Of a DNA stretch of 64,000 nucleotides, positions 63,390-64,000 are shown piece after piece. Both the position numbers and the translations under genes were made by a program. Position 1 is the first letter of the stretch. Every line of letters begins with the position of its first letter. This stretch comes from Camelus dromedarius. Taxonomy: Eukaryota. The stretch spans positions 88,414,001-88,478,000 of the forward strand of contig NC_087437.1 in assembly GCF_036321535.1 (NCBI RefSeq), given 5' to 3'. The notes beneath the pieces were generated by a model. It was not told where the DNA came from. It did not search any database and was given only the letters and a program-made list of their open reading frames with translations.

Positions 63390-64000
63390 TGATATTATTT
63401 TTGATTGGTAAGGTTGGAGGTTCTCGTGGCAAAAATGGTCTTTTCCCGTCTAGATTACGGGGACTGAATTTGTAGTCTGTCTCCTAATAGTTTTCTCTCT
63501 ACTTTGTTGTACAAGATCATCTCTTCACTATACCCCCAACTACCTTAGTTTAATCAAAATCTCTGCAGTCTGTCCATACATTGGTTTTTGCTGTTCTTTT
63601 GAGCTTTCCCCTTCGGTTTCCTTTTTTTCTTCTCTGTTCACTCTCCTCGGGCAAAAATTAATGAGACTGAATCTAAGGTATCATACTAATATCCTCAGAC
63701 ACTTGCTACTGCATGGAGCACAGATCAATATCTTTGAAATGGCTAATAATAGAAAGCGTTTCTTCTCAAAGATAGGCAAGGTGAATCTGAACTTGCCAAG
63801 TTTGCATGTGCTGTGTTCTGTAGTTAATACCATATGTACCTCGGTGCAACATGCTGCTGTATATCACAGAATGTGCCTTAGGAAGGCTAATATTGATGCA
63901 CTGTACCAACTCAGAGAATGTAGGCCCGGGCCTAACATGCCTGCATAAATCTTACCTGTGTAATGAAGAGAACAGGCTCATGCTTGACCAGGGAACTGGC

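Noticed and set aside
62925..63402. attattttt as the TSD of the L1 at 62981-63389
   Set aside because: Only 9 low-complexity bases in AT-rich DNA; not distinguishable from chance.
1..64000. The supplied ORF track as protein-coding genes
   Set aside because: All ORFs are under 150 aa, many start at non-ATG codons, and none resembles a cellular protein I recognise. The recognisable ones are L1 ORF2 fragments with stops or frameshifts.
1..64000. Prokaryotic or phage systems (CRISPR arrays, operons, defence loci)
   Set aside because: The sequence is clearly mammalian, with no repeat-spacer array or dense coding.

Overview
AT-rich, CpG-poor mammalian non-coding DNA (intergenic or deep intronic), most likely from a camelid: it has two tRNA-Ala(AGC)-derived SINEs of the Vic-1 type and several copies of closely related lineage-specific L1 3' ends. 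I found no convincing protein-coding gene. The listed ORFs are chance ORFs, microsatellite translations or dead L1 ORF2 fragments. The window is a layered fossil record of transposable elements: MIR, L2, old L1M, MaLR/ERVL LTRs, hAT MITEs, younger L1 and SINEs. The notable structures are: (1) a full-length U6 snRNA fused to a 5'-truncated L1 inside one target-site duplication (TSD); (2) a tailless retrocopy of the 5' half of tRNA-Gly(CCC) with a perfect 16-bp TSD, whose empty site survives in a paralogous segment about 3.4 kb away; (3) a SINE and an old L1 3' end enclosed by a single TSD; (4) a twin-primed (5'-inverted) L1 carrying an internal ~500-bp copy of its own downstream flank; (5) an older ~650-bp local duplication. 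Repeat family names are by-eye recognition, not database hits. Boundaries of old repeats are approximate.
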